This document shows positions 47,559 through 55,429 of a stretch of DNA of 64,000 nt, one piece after another. A model generated the notes under the pieces. That model worked only from the letters and a program-made list of their open reading frames with translations, did not search any database and was not told the origin of the DNA. A program made the position numbers and the translations under genes. Every line of letters starts with the position of its first letter. Positions within the stretch are counted from its first letter, which is position 1. Source of the stretch: a bacterium. Lineage in GTDB: Bacteria > Patescibacteriota > Saccharimonadia > Saccharimonadales > UBA4665. The stretch covers positions 20,328-84,327 of the forward strand of contig JAJZAF010000001.1 of assembly GCA_021799595.1 (NCBI GenBank), written 5' to 3'.

Positions 47559-47633
47559 TCCGGGGTAGCTCAGCGGTAGAGCGGGGCGCTGTTAACGCTT
47601 AGGTCGCTGGTTCGAATCCAGTCCCCGGAGCCA
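47559..47633 (+). tRNA. tRNA-Asn: tRNA-Asn (anticodon GTT), CCA encoded
   Basis: I folded the cloverleaf by hand. Acceptor stem TCCGGGG/CCCCGGA, D arm GCTC-AGCGGTA-GAGC, anticodon stem GGGCG/CGCTT with loop CTGTTAA, T arm GCTGG-TTCGAAT-CCAGT, discriminator G, then CCA. Confidence 0.95.
47608..47633 (+). repeat. 26-bp direct repeat, copy 1 (3' end of tRNA-Asn); att site
   Basis: TGGTTCGAATCCAGTCCCCGGAGCCA is identical to 49052-49077. Confidence 0.95.
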
Positions 47634-47805
47634 GGACTTGTGCTAAAGGTGATTTGATTACATAATATATCTTATCACGTCTGTTATTTCAGAAAACCAA
47701 GTTGCTTATTACGTAGGCAAATTATTTTTATGTATCGCAAGTTGGTATGTGTTAGACTAGTGCTAGACCGAATTACATCAAAGTTGCGTAAATCTAAGAT
47801 ACCCT

Positions 47806-48447
47806 TTATTTTAGATACAGCTTTGAGAATTTTTTACCATCAATAACTTGCAAAACCGAACCATCTCCAAAAGGCTCTCCATCAGGATAAGTGGAAAATG
47901 TGTCAATACACCATACCTTGCGTTTAATTTCATAGCACGTTTCAGAAGGAGTGTGCCCAAATACTTGAGGTACGTATTTGTATGTCACGTTACTGTTAGG
48001 TCGTGCCCAAATCGGGCTAGTATCATTCCATAGACTATTTGAATCTTCGACTCCAGACCATTCATTGGTTATGCCAGCATGAGAATAAGATACTGCGTCT
48101 ATCTTAACAACAATAGGTAGGCTGGCAAGCCATTGCCTTAAATCTTTATGCTCTGGTGCATCAATTAAGATATGTGTCATCGGATTATAGCCACTTTGCA
48201 GTGAAGGAGTGTCGTGAACATATATATAATCATGGTTACCAATAACCAACTTAACTTTATCTTGGTTTTTAGCCTGAAGATCTTTTAAGGCTTTCCAAGT
48301 CTTTATAGTATCTTGTGGGCTAGCGCTAAAGTCATCTGCGTAATCACCACAGAAAATAACTTTGTCGTAGTGCTTAATAATTTCAGCAACCTTATCTATA
48401 ATCCAGATTTTGGTGTGGATATCACCAACCGCAAGCACTTTTCCCAT
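47806..48447 (-). CDS. calcineurin-like metallophosphoesterase (Ser/Thr phosphatase / phosphodiesterase family)
   Basis: VLAVGDIHTK, FCGDYADDF, VIGNHDY, SHAG, VFGHTP. The ATG lies 2 nt after the toxin stop. Confidence 0.75.
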   Translation of the reverse strand: MGKVLAVGDIHTKIWIIDKVAEIIKHYDKVIFCGDYADDFSASPQDTIKTWKALKDLQAKNQDKVKLVIGNHDYIYVHDTPSLQSGYNPMTHILIDAPEHKDLRQWLASLPIVVKIDAVSYSHAGITNEWSGVEDSNSLWNDTSPIWARPNSNVTYKYVPQVFGHTPSETCYEIKRKVWCIDTFSTYPDGEPFGDGSVLQVIDGKKFSKLYLK

Positions 48448-48449
48448 AT

Positions 48450-48791
48450 TTACCCGCGCAATTTACGTATACGCTCCCGTACCGATTCTTGATATTGCTT
48501 AGGATTTTGCATCTGATGATAGGCACGAACAGCTATGACTTCGAAGCAATCATCATCTATCAGATACACAACTGCGACTTTGTAATTTGCTAGTTGAACT
48601 TTGCGTACATCTGGGTCATCTTTAAATACAGCGTTAGCTCGTGGTAAGTTTTCTAAGTTTGCCACGGTTTCCATAGTCTCATCAAAAAACTTTGTAGCCG
48701 ACTCAGCGTCAACTAATTCTTCATAAAACGCCATCAGCTCAGCAATATCATTCTCGGCATCTTCTGTAAGACTGACGCTATACTTTTGCAC
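48450..48791 (-). CDS. RelE/ParE-family type II toxin
   Basis: 113 aa with a GTG start. Features are A..DI..L..FY at the N-terminus, LPRANAV, and YKVAVVYLIDDDCFEVIAVRAYH (a ParE-like Y.i.Y......v.I..v.H pattern). An overlapping small upstream gene precedes it. Confidence 0.6.
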   Translation of the reverse strand: MQKYSVSLTEDAENDIAELMAFYEELVDAESATKFFDETMETVANLENLPRANAVFKDDPDVRKVQLANYKVAVVYLIDDDCFEVIAVRAYHQMQNPKQYQESVRERIRKLRG

Positions 48792-48945
48792 CAGCCAGCT
48801 CCTGATATTTCTTCAAGATATTCTTCTTGGCTATGCTAAGTGGTATACGATTTTTAGGATTTTTGGCAAGTTTAATACGTCGTTCCAGATCAATCAGGAA
48901 CTCTTGACTGTTTTCGTCTACGTTAATAACCTTACTGTTATTCAT
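48778..48945 (-). CDS. putative antitoxin (55 aa; too short for the ORF track)
   Basis: My own translation is MNNSKVINVDENSQEFLIDLERRIKLAKNPKNRIPLSIAKKNILKKYQELAGAKV*. Its stop overlaps the toxin GTG by 14 nt. Confidence 0.5.
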   Translation of the reverse strand: MNNSKVINVDENSQEFLIDLERRIKLAKNPKNRIPLSIAKKNILKKYQELAGAKV

Positions 48946-48951
48946 GCTTTA

Positions 48952-48960
48952 ATTATACCA
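48952..48960 (-). promoter_or_regulatory. extended -10 promoter (TGgTATAAT) of the antitoxin-toxin-phosphoesterase operon
   Basis: On the minus strand TGGTATAAT ends 6 nt before ATG 48945, which implies a leaderless or near-leaderless mRNA. Confidence 0.45.
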
Positions 48961-49044
48961 CATTTCATTACATAAAATGATTGAAATAATTTGACAAATA
49001 ACAGAGGTAAGTTAAAGTAAAGCGAGCCTAAAATTAGGTGGTAA

Positions 49045-50559
49045 TTATTGTTGGTTCGAATCCAGTCCCCGGAGCCATTCTGAACGTTCATTGCATGAAG
49101 CTATTGTATTAAACGGACTGTAAAGGGTTAATTCGACCTTTTTACCGTCCAAAAACAGGTTCGAGCCTAATAAGCCCAATAATTCCCGTTTTTCGTCGGG
49201 GTTAGAACCGATAAATAGCTCTCGGCCACGGGCAGCGATTTCCAACAGATACGCTACAGTAATGTAATACTGCTCGTCGGCCTTTGATAACTTACTCAGC
49301 TTACGCTCATGCTGCTTCTGTTCAGCTCGCCACTTGGCTCTCTTTTTGTCATATTCTGCCTGAGTAATACTACCGTCGCACTTATCCTCGTAGGCTATTT
49401 CTATACGCTTTTCTAGTTTTGCTATTTCAGTGTTGTGATAGTTGAATTGCTCACGATTGAACTGCACCTTGCCGCTATGAGCCTCTTTTAGGGTCTTTTC
49501 GAGCCTTGGCAGCTCATCTTCGGGCAGTTTACACTCGTCAAATAACTGAGCAAAGATTTCGGTTAGGTCGGTTTCTGCCATCCAATCCATTTTCGGGTGC
49601 TTACCACGCTTGCCAGTGCAATGGTAATAAGTGTAGGTGTGTACGTTGCCGTTTTTCTGCTTTTTTGTCTTGACCTCGGCAGTTACGGCACAACCACAAG
49701 CCTTGCAGTGCATGAAGCCTCGATAGGTGTGCGGTATGCCAGCATACTTAATCTTTTGCTTGGCATGGCCGTTGATTACATCCTGAACCTGCCAGTATAG
49801 GTCAACAGGCACGATTTGCTCGTAGCTATGGGCGTAGTAGTTGTCTGTTTCCTTGTCATAAATCTCGCCAATATAGAAGCGGTTTTTAAGTATCACGCCA
49901 ATAGCGCTCCAGTGTATATGCACTTTGTAGTCGGACATGATGCGCTGCGACAGGGTCTTATACGAAAAAGTGCCAGTGGCGTAGAGTTCGAACATCTTTA
50001 GCACGACTTTGGCTTTGAATGGTACGGCCACGACAGTTTTGTGGCGCTTATCTACTTCAAGGTTCTGATAGCCAAACGGCGCAAGCCAGGGTAGCTCACC
50101 ATCTCGCAACTTGGCGTATTTGGTATTGAAAGCATCTTCTTTTAAACGGTTTAGCACCTGTTTGGCCAGATAGACTTTGGTGTCCCAGTCAGTAATATCA
50201 CGACCAACTGAACGCTTAGTAATCACGAGCCTATCGTGGACAAAGTGCAATTCTTTATCATATTCCAGCCGCAGGATATCCATCGCAACATGGTCAGCGA
50301 AGTTTCTGGTTGCCCTATCAACTCTGAACGCAATTATTGCTTCGACGTCCTTGTCCTTTTTGACATCGTCCATCATCTCATTGAACTTCTTGCGTATGCC
50401 CGCATCGGCGCTTTCACTAAAAACGTACTCATGGACTATCTCAAAGTCATTCAGCTCGGCATATTCCCGCATCTTAGGGAGTTGGATTTCTTCGAGAGAT
50501 AGACCCTCTTGCTCTTGTCGCTTGGTTGATACTCTTGCTAAGATTACTGCTTTACGCAT
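49045..50559 (-). CDS. large serine recombinase (integrase)
   Basis: N-terminal resolvase domain AVILARVSTKRQEQEGLSLEEIQ with the catalytic Ser. A recombinase domain follows, then a Cys-rich zinc ribbon FMHCKACGCAV...YYHCTG and a coiled-coil tail. The protein is 504 aa. Confidence 0.9.
   Translation of the reverse strand: MRKAVILARVSTKRQEQEGLSLEEIQLPKMREYAELNDFEIVHEYVFSESADAGIRKKFNEMMDDVKKDKDVEAIIAFRVDRATRNFADHVAMDILRLEYDKELHFVHDRLVITKRSVGRDITDWDTKVYLAKQVLNRLKEDAFNTKYAKLRDGELPWLAPFGYQNLEVDKRHKTVVAVPFKAKVVLKMFELYATGTFSYKTLSQRIMSDYKVHIHWSAIGVILKNRFYIGEIYDKETDNYYAHSYEQIVPVDLYWQVQDVINGHAKQKIKYAGIPHTYRGFMHCKACGCAVTAEVKTKKQKNGNVHTYTYYHCTGKRGKHPKMDWMAETDLTEIFAQLFDECKLPEDELPRLEKTLKEAHSGKVQFNREQFNYHNTEIAKLEKRIEIAYEDKCDGSITQAEYDKKRAKWRAEQKQHERKLSKLSKADEQYYITVAYLLEIAARGRELFIGSNPDEKRELLGLLGSNLFLDGKKVELTLYSPFNTIASCNERSEWLRGLDSNQQ
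49052..49077 (+). repeat. 26-bp direct repeat, copy 2 (tRNA-Asn 3' fragment); att site
   Basis: Exact copy of 47608-47633. It lies inside the last 9 codons of the recombinase gene on the opposite strand. Confidence 0.95.
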
Positions 50560-50588
50560 GGTTCATTACTCCTTACTCATATATTACC

Positions 50589-51752
50589 TTAATTGTGTTG
50601 AGCGAAGTTAATTAAATAAACGGGTTCGAACTTTTTGAGTTGCTCGCTAAGCTGTTCAAACACTTCCGATTTCTGAGAGCTGTATTTCAGCTTATTATTA
50701 GCTCGTCGAGCCGCTCTAAGCAGCGCTGCGCTACCTTTCGAGCCAACAATGTCCTTTACCGTTCTCGTGCCGCTGTACTGGCTCAGGGTATGCAGCCCAA
50801 CAGCGCTCAGTATCGTTGAAACTTGACGATTCGGGTTCTGAAAATACAGGTCGCCGAACAGTTCCAGCGGGTCGGTAGTCGCAGCTTCTGTTATCTTCGG
50901 ATAGTGGTCATACATATCCTTTAGCTGCCATTCCAGTACTGCCTTTGAGCCGGTTTTACTGTAAAGCGCCACAAAGGTCGTGTTATCTGTCGGCAGCTGA
51001 GCATTACGAAGCGCCTGTTGTATAGCTTTAACGTTGCCCAGCCTGACTTCCATTCGCAGTACCTCAAACGGTTGCTGCATGATATTATCATCGAAAAGAT
51101 TGAGCTGGATTTGACCAACATCCTTATCGAAAATAGGCTGCCTGCGCCTTGCTTTGGTATATTCGGCAAGCTTATCGTAAAACGCCAGTTCGAAGTACTT
51201 AGAGTGGCTCTTGAAGCCATGCCCATTATTTATATAGTCAGTCTTGCTAGCATCACGCCAGCCATTCACGTCTATACGACTTAAATCCTTAATTGCGGCA
51301 TGAGCCGAGAGGTAGCCGCTCAGCACAAAGTTTTTGGAGTAGTGAATTGTTACCACTTGGGCATTTGCAATTGTTGGCACGCCGCCCCGAACCTTAACCT
51401 TGTAGTATGCAAGTCCGTCGTAAATACGCTGGCATATATCGTCAAAATCGCTTTCCTCAATTTCATCGAAGTTATTGCCATTGAGTAACTTAGGTACAGA
51501 CAGTTGAATACGTAAGCCTGTCGTCAATCCGCTAGCTCGCAAGGCTCTATAGAGCGTCAAATAGGGTAGGTATCCTTGCTTTACGGTATCCGCTTTAGAC
51601 GGATTGCACTTAGCGTCAAAATACTTATTGCGGCCCATGTCGTAGGCTGTAGCGCCTTGAATTTTCGTAGCGTTTGGCGTGAACCTGTTAGGCTCTAAAA
51701 TCGCATAGCTAGACGCTGGCAGGGTAAGCACTATCGTATCTATTCCGACCAT
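50589..51752 (-). CDS. putative replication initiation protein (phage/plasmid gene II/X-like)
   Basis: N-terminus MVGIDTIVLTLP, CNPSK and VLRMEVRLGN are reminiscent of the rep_II_X / Rep_trans families. This is a weak, motif-only assignment. Confidence 0.35.
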   Translation of the reverse strand: MVGIDTIVLTLPASSYAILEPNRFTPNATKIQGATAYDMGRNKYFDAKCNPSKADTVKQGYLPYLTLYRALRASGLTTGLRIQLSVPKLLNGNNFDEIEESDFDDICQRIYDGLAYYKVKVRGGVPTIANAQVVTIHYSKNFVLSGYLSAHAAIKDLSRIDVNGWRDASKTDYINNGHGFKSHSKYFELAFYDKLAEYTKARRRQPIFDKDVGQIQLNLFDDNIMQQPFEVLRMEVRLGNVKAIQQALRNAQLPTDNTTFVALYSKTGSKAVLEWQLKDMYDHYPKITEAATTDPLELFGDLYFQNPNRQVSTILSAVGLHTLSQYSGTRTVKDIVGSKGSAALLRAARRANNKLKYSSQKSEVFEQLSEQLKKFEPVYLINFAQHN

Positions 51753-52011
51753 TTTTCACTACATCTTCAAACTTAGTTATTACTGCGTCATGAATTTGCT
51801 GACCCGCATCCCTCGAAATGGGATGGAATACGTCGAGTTGGCGACCAGCTATTTTTCTAGTCGGGTACAGAAGCCTATAATCGCCGTTTGGTCGGCTCAT
51901 GATACCAACCGAGCCACAATAGATTGAGCCATTGATAACGAAGCTAGCGAACGCTACAAGGCCGTTCTGCGGCTTAACAACGGCTATTTCAACCTCGCTA
52001 ATTTCCAGCAT
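51709..52011 (-). CDS. SpoVG-like nucleic-acid-binding protein
   Basis: MLEISEVEIAVVKPQNGLVAFASFVINGSIYCGSVGIMSRPNGDYRLLYPTRKIAGRQLDVFHPISRDAGQQIHDAVI follows the SpoVG pattern (V.....G.L.A.AS...N..F.I..I.V....G......P.........D..HPI....R..I..AV). The start is taken at ATG 52011. Confidence 0.6.
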   Translation of the reverse strand: MLEISEVEIAVVKPQNGLVAFASFVINGSIYCGSVGIMSRPNGDYRLLYPTRKIAGRQLDVFHPISRDAGQQIHDAVITKFEDVVKNGRNRYDSAYPASV

Positions 52012-52180
52012 TGCAGCGCTCTTTCTTTTTACGTTGGTCAACTTTTATGAGAATTTCTAGTAAACGAGCCATGCGACGCAATTCAGCATCAGACCATAAC
52101 GGCTGCTGGTTCTTGTCTGGTTCATCACTGCGTGGTCGTCGTACCATGCAGCAGACTATAACTAGGCAACTGTCGGGCAA
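51998..52180 (-). CDS. small hypothetical protein (60 aa)
   Basis: It fills the gap between neighbouring minus-strand genes, with a 14-nt overlap downstream. No homology was recognised. Confidence 0.3.
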   Translation of the reverse strand: MPDSCLVIVCCMVRRPRSDEPDKNQQPLWSDAELRRMARLLEILIKVDQRKKKERCNAGN

Positions 52181-52195
52181 CGTTGCACGTGGGTG

Positions 52196-53143
52196 CTAGA
52201 CGTATTTTTCGTTGAAAGTAATTTGGTGATTTTCGATTATAAAGAGGTCGTCAACTTGGGTTGCCTTAGCAATTCGTTCGTTAAGCTCACGCTTGGCGTA
52301 GCTTATTTTCTTATTGTCCTTGACCCTATCTAACGGCACGCCGAGCTTCAGTAGCGCATCACCAATTTCTAACGGCCTCTTTACGGGCTTGCCGCTTCGG
52401 AACAACAACTGGCACAGAGCCTCTTGGTCGGTATTTGCCGGAATGACAATAACCGTATTGCAAAATATAAGCTGGCGCTTGGCCTTATTGTAAGTCGGGG
52501 CAGTCAGTCTTTTATCCGTTTGTTGGCTATTATTATCAGCTATCTGCTGCAATAGCCGGACCTGCTCGGCCTGATAAACATTTGGCCTTGGCATTGGTAT
52601 TGAACTGACTGCCGGTAGTTTAAATTGCTCTCGAAAGTCATTTATAGTCTGAAAAGTTTGTTCGACTTCTTGCTTGTGTTTTGGCATCAAATGTTCTTCA
52701 AATATACGGTTACGCTCAGCCTCGGACATTTCATACAGTTCATTAACTTGACCGGCGCTTATGTACTTATCTTTATTTTCTTCTGGCGTGGCCTGAAAAT
52801 CGACCATGTTTGCACCAAGTACGGGACCTTTTGAGATAGGCTTTTCGCCAGTATAGTCTTGGTAAATCTTAGTTTGCCTAAGCTTATCGTGGTATCTGTT
52901 AAAACTTTTATTCAATGAAAGTTCCCAGCAATGGGTTGCGCTAGTTTCAGGTACTCTCAATACTTTTAGTATCTTGTCGTCAGTAGCAAATTTCTCTAGT
53001 AAAGTTTTCATGTCCTCGTAAGGAACGGCCTTATGAAGGTCATTAGCATAATGTATGGCCACAGGTTTACCCTTTGGGGTAATCTGCCGCTTTTTATCAA
53101 TAGTCCTTAAAACGTAAATTATTGCTTCTTGACCGGCCACCAC
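52196..53143 (-). CDS. hypothetical protein (315 aa), first gene of the leftward element operon
   Basis: Long ORF with no recognisable motif. Confidence 0.45.
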   Translation of the reverse strand: MVAGQEAIIYVLRTIDKKRQITPKGKPVAIHYANDLHKAVPYEDMKTLLEKFATDDKILKVLRVPETSATHCWELSLNKSFNRYHDKLRQTKIYQDYTGEKPISKGPVLGANMVDFQATPEENKDKYISAGQVNELYEMSEAERNRIFEEHLMPKHKQEVEQTFQTINDFREQFKLPAVSSIPMPRPNVYQAEQVRLLQQIADNNSQQTDKRLTAPTYNKAKRQLIFCNTVIVIPANTDQEALCQLLFRSGKPVKRPLEIGDALLKLGVPLDRVKDNKKISYAKRELNERIAKATQVDDLFIIENHQITFNEKYV

Positions 53144-53259
53144 TTCTTTAACCTCACTACTTCTTCGCTTTCAGATATTTTACAATCAAAATACCTTTTT
53201 TTCGGCTGCTATTACCTCATTCTTCCCAAAACAACTAGTAAGTCGTGTATAGTTATAGT

Positions 53260-53448
53260 ATGCCACAAAAGGGTAAGAAGTTGCCGCAATTGCTTACGCT
53301 GAAACAAACAAGCAAAATGCTTCAATGTCATCCAAACACTCTTAGAATGTGGGATAAAAATGGCATTTTAAAAGCCGTTCGAATAGGTAGCCGTGGGGAT
53401 CGTCGCTACAACAGGGACGATGTATTAAAAATCATAAAGGATAAGTAA
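53260..53448 (+). CDS. MerR/excisionase-family HTH protein (controller or recombination directionality factor candidate)
   Basis: LLTLKQTSKMLQCHPNTLRMWDKNGILKAVRIGSRGDRRYNRDDV matches the MerR/HTH_17 pattern (TLR.W...G.L...R...G.R.Y...DV). ATG 53260 is preferred over GTG 53245. Confidence 0.65.
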   Translation: MPQKGKKLPQLLTLKQTSKMLQCHPNTLRMWDKNGILKAVRIGSRGDRRYNRDDVLKIIKDK

Positions 53449-53453
53449 GAATA

Positions 53454-55427
53454 GTGGACGACAAAGCACAAAACGGTAATTTACCCGAGCAAAATAGCTT
53501 TTTCAAAATTGATAAGCTAAAGCGTTCTGTTAGAGCGGGAACACAACTTCCTGACCCAAAAATTGAGCCTTATGGCTACGATCCCAACGCCAAGTTTAGG
53601 CACATTTTCCCCGAACTTAACCTACCGCCCCTGTTATCAAATTTGCCCGATGACCACGTTACGTTTGGCCATCCTGAGTTGCCAGACACCACATTATATT
53701 TTGGTGATAACCTTTATGTTTTACGTAATATGCCAAGCGAGAGTGTAGATTTGATATACATTGACCCGCCTTTCTTTAGTAAGCGAGATTACGTGCAAAT
53801 TTGGGGTGACGATAATGAAATTCGTTCATTCCAGGATATTTTTGAAGATGGCATGTTTAGCTATTTAACTTGGCTCAATGCCAGGTTGTGGGAGATGAAA
53901 AGAGTTCTTAAAAATACAGGTAGCATTTACGTACATTGCGATTGGCACGCCAGCCATTACATTAAGGCAGAAATGGACAAAATATTTGGCTACAGCAACT
54001 TCAGGAATGAAATAATCTGGTACTACCCCTCAGGCGGTGGTAGAACAAAAGTCACTTTCAATAGAAAACACGATAGTCTGCTTTGGTATTCAAAAACCGA
54101 TAACTATAAATATCTTATCGACAACATTCGTGTCAGTTATAAAGAGACTTCGATGTACTCCAAATATGGCACAGTTCATCATGGTACTGGCAAAGAGTAT
54201 AAGCCTGATGTCAGTTCGGGTAAAAACCCTGACGATACATGGGAGATGAATATATTAAATCCTACTGCACACGAACGCATTGGCTATCCAACCCAAAAAC
54301 CGCTGGAGGTTGTGCAGAGGATAATTGATGCACATAGTGAGCCAGGTGACGTTGTGGCGGATTTTTTTATGGGCGGCGGTACATTTGGGGCTGCTGCACT
54401 TGGTCAAAGAACTGAAATAGGTGCACCTCTGTCGGGTACGAAGTATTACTATGATAAACCAAGAACTTTTATTGGGTGTGATATTTCTCGTGTTGCTACG
54501 AGTGTGACATTTAATCGTCTAACTGAAGTCTGTGAACAGATGTCTGGCATAACTGCGTCTGAAAAGTCAGGTCAGCAACAACTTGGAGCAGAGCTTGCCA
54601 AAGTGCCTGATATTCGTACCGCTTATGTAGGTAGTTACCCTATTAATAAGTTTGATGGCATAGAACAAAAAGCATTTACTAACTTTGTGATAGGACTATA
54701 TGGTGCAAGCACATACACAGGTGAAGGTGACGAAATAGACGGACTCGTAAATGGCAAGGTTGTTATTTCAGTTGGGCCAGCTAGCCCTTCTGAGCGTGTT
54801 CAGGTCATGAAAGTTAGAAGGGTTCTAGAGCAAGTATTGCGTCAATATAGTAAACAACTTGCTGCTGGCGAGGAAAAGATTATTCAAATAATTGGTTGGT
54901 CTTTTGAACCGTTAGTAGATCGCTGGAAAGGTGACGCTACAAACACCCTAAACAAGCAAGGGTTAAAAGTTACCATAGAGCTTATAAGCCTTAGTAGTGA
55001 GGCATTTCGGCAAAAGATATTTCGTGAGATCGGTGAAAGCAATACAGACTTGAAGTTCAACCGGCTTAATCAGTTGCTGAGTTTTACCAGTACTCCTACA
55101 GCTGGCCATATTACAATAACTAAACAAAGAGGTTTGGAGTGCGAGTTTGCTTTGGTAGGAGCACAGGCGATTGGTGCTGGCGGCAGACTCATAAATGCAC
55201 AGTGGGATTTTGACTATAAAGACAAACGTTTTTCTGATAAAGCTCACGCCCTCAATAGAGCTGGTAAAGCGGGTACTTACGAAGCTGTGCTAAGCGTAAC
55301 TCACAAGTTCGAAAAACCTGGTAAGTATGTTATTGCAGCTAGAGTTCAAGATAACCTAGACGGCGAAGCCGTTACTGTTGCTGAGTTAAGTATAAGTAAT
55401 AGCTCACATGAGCTACAATTATCATAA
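53454..55427 (+). CDS. beta-class N6-adenine/N4-cytosine DNA methyltransferase (Type III Mod-like) with a roughly 310-aa C-terminal extension ending in a PKD-like domain
   Basis: GDNLYVLRNMPSESVDLIYIDPPFF (motif IV DPPF), then YPTQKPLEVVQRII and DVVADFFMGGGTFGAAA (motif I). The IV-before-I order defines the beta class. The tail contains AQWDFDY...THKFEKPGKYVIAARVQDNLDGEA. GTG start. Confidence 0.85.
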   Translation: MDDKAQNGNLPEQNSFFKIDKLKRSVRAGTQLPDPKIEPYGYDPNAKFRHIFPELNLPPLLSNLPDDHVTFGHPELPDTTLYFGDNLYVLRNMPSESVDLIYIDPPFFSKRDYVQIWGDDNEIRSFQDIFEDGMFSYLTWLNARLWEMKRVLKNTGSIYVHCDWHASHYIKAEMDKIFGYSNFRNEIIWYYPSGGGRTKVTFNRKHDSLLWYSKTDNYKYLIDNIRVSYKETSMYSKYGTVHHGTGKEYKPDVSSGKNPDDTWEMNILNPTAHERIGYPTQKPLEVVQRIIDAHSEPGDVVADFFMGGGTFGAAALGQRTEIGAPLSGTKYYYDKPRTFIGCDISRVATSVTFNRLTEVCEQMSGITASEKSGQQQLGAELAKVPDIRTAYVGSYPINKFDGIEQKAFTNFVIGLYGASTYTGEGDEIDGLVNGKVVISVGPASPSERVQVMKVRRVLEQVLRQYSKQLAAGEEKIIQIIGWSFEPLVDRWKGDATNTLNKQGLKVTIELISLSSEAFRQKIFREIGESNTDLKFNRLNQLLSFTSTPTAGHITITKQRGLECEFALVGAQAIGAGGRLINAQWDFDYKDKRFSDKAHALNRAGKAGTYEAVLSVTHKFEKPGKYVIAARVQDNLDGEAVTVAELSISNSSHELQLS

Positions 55428-55429
55428 GC

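Larger units (their letters stand above)
47634..49051. mobile_element. 1.4-kb mini-island (integrase-less remnant or tandem insert) bounded by the 26-bp tRNA-Asn repeats
   Basis: It is flanked by exact 26-bp direct repeats. It contains only a toxin-antitoxin pair and a metallophosphoesterase. Confidence 0.55.

Noticed and set aside
50623-50630. GGTTCGAA match to the tRNA T-loop, considered as a third att copy
   Set aside because: Only 8 nt match and there is no flanking identity. This is expected by chance.
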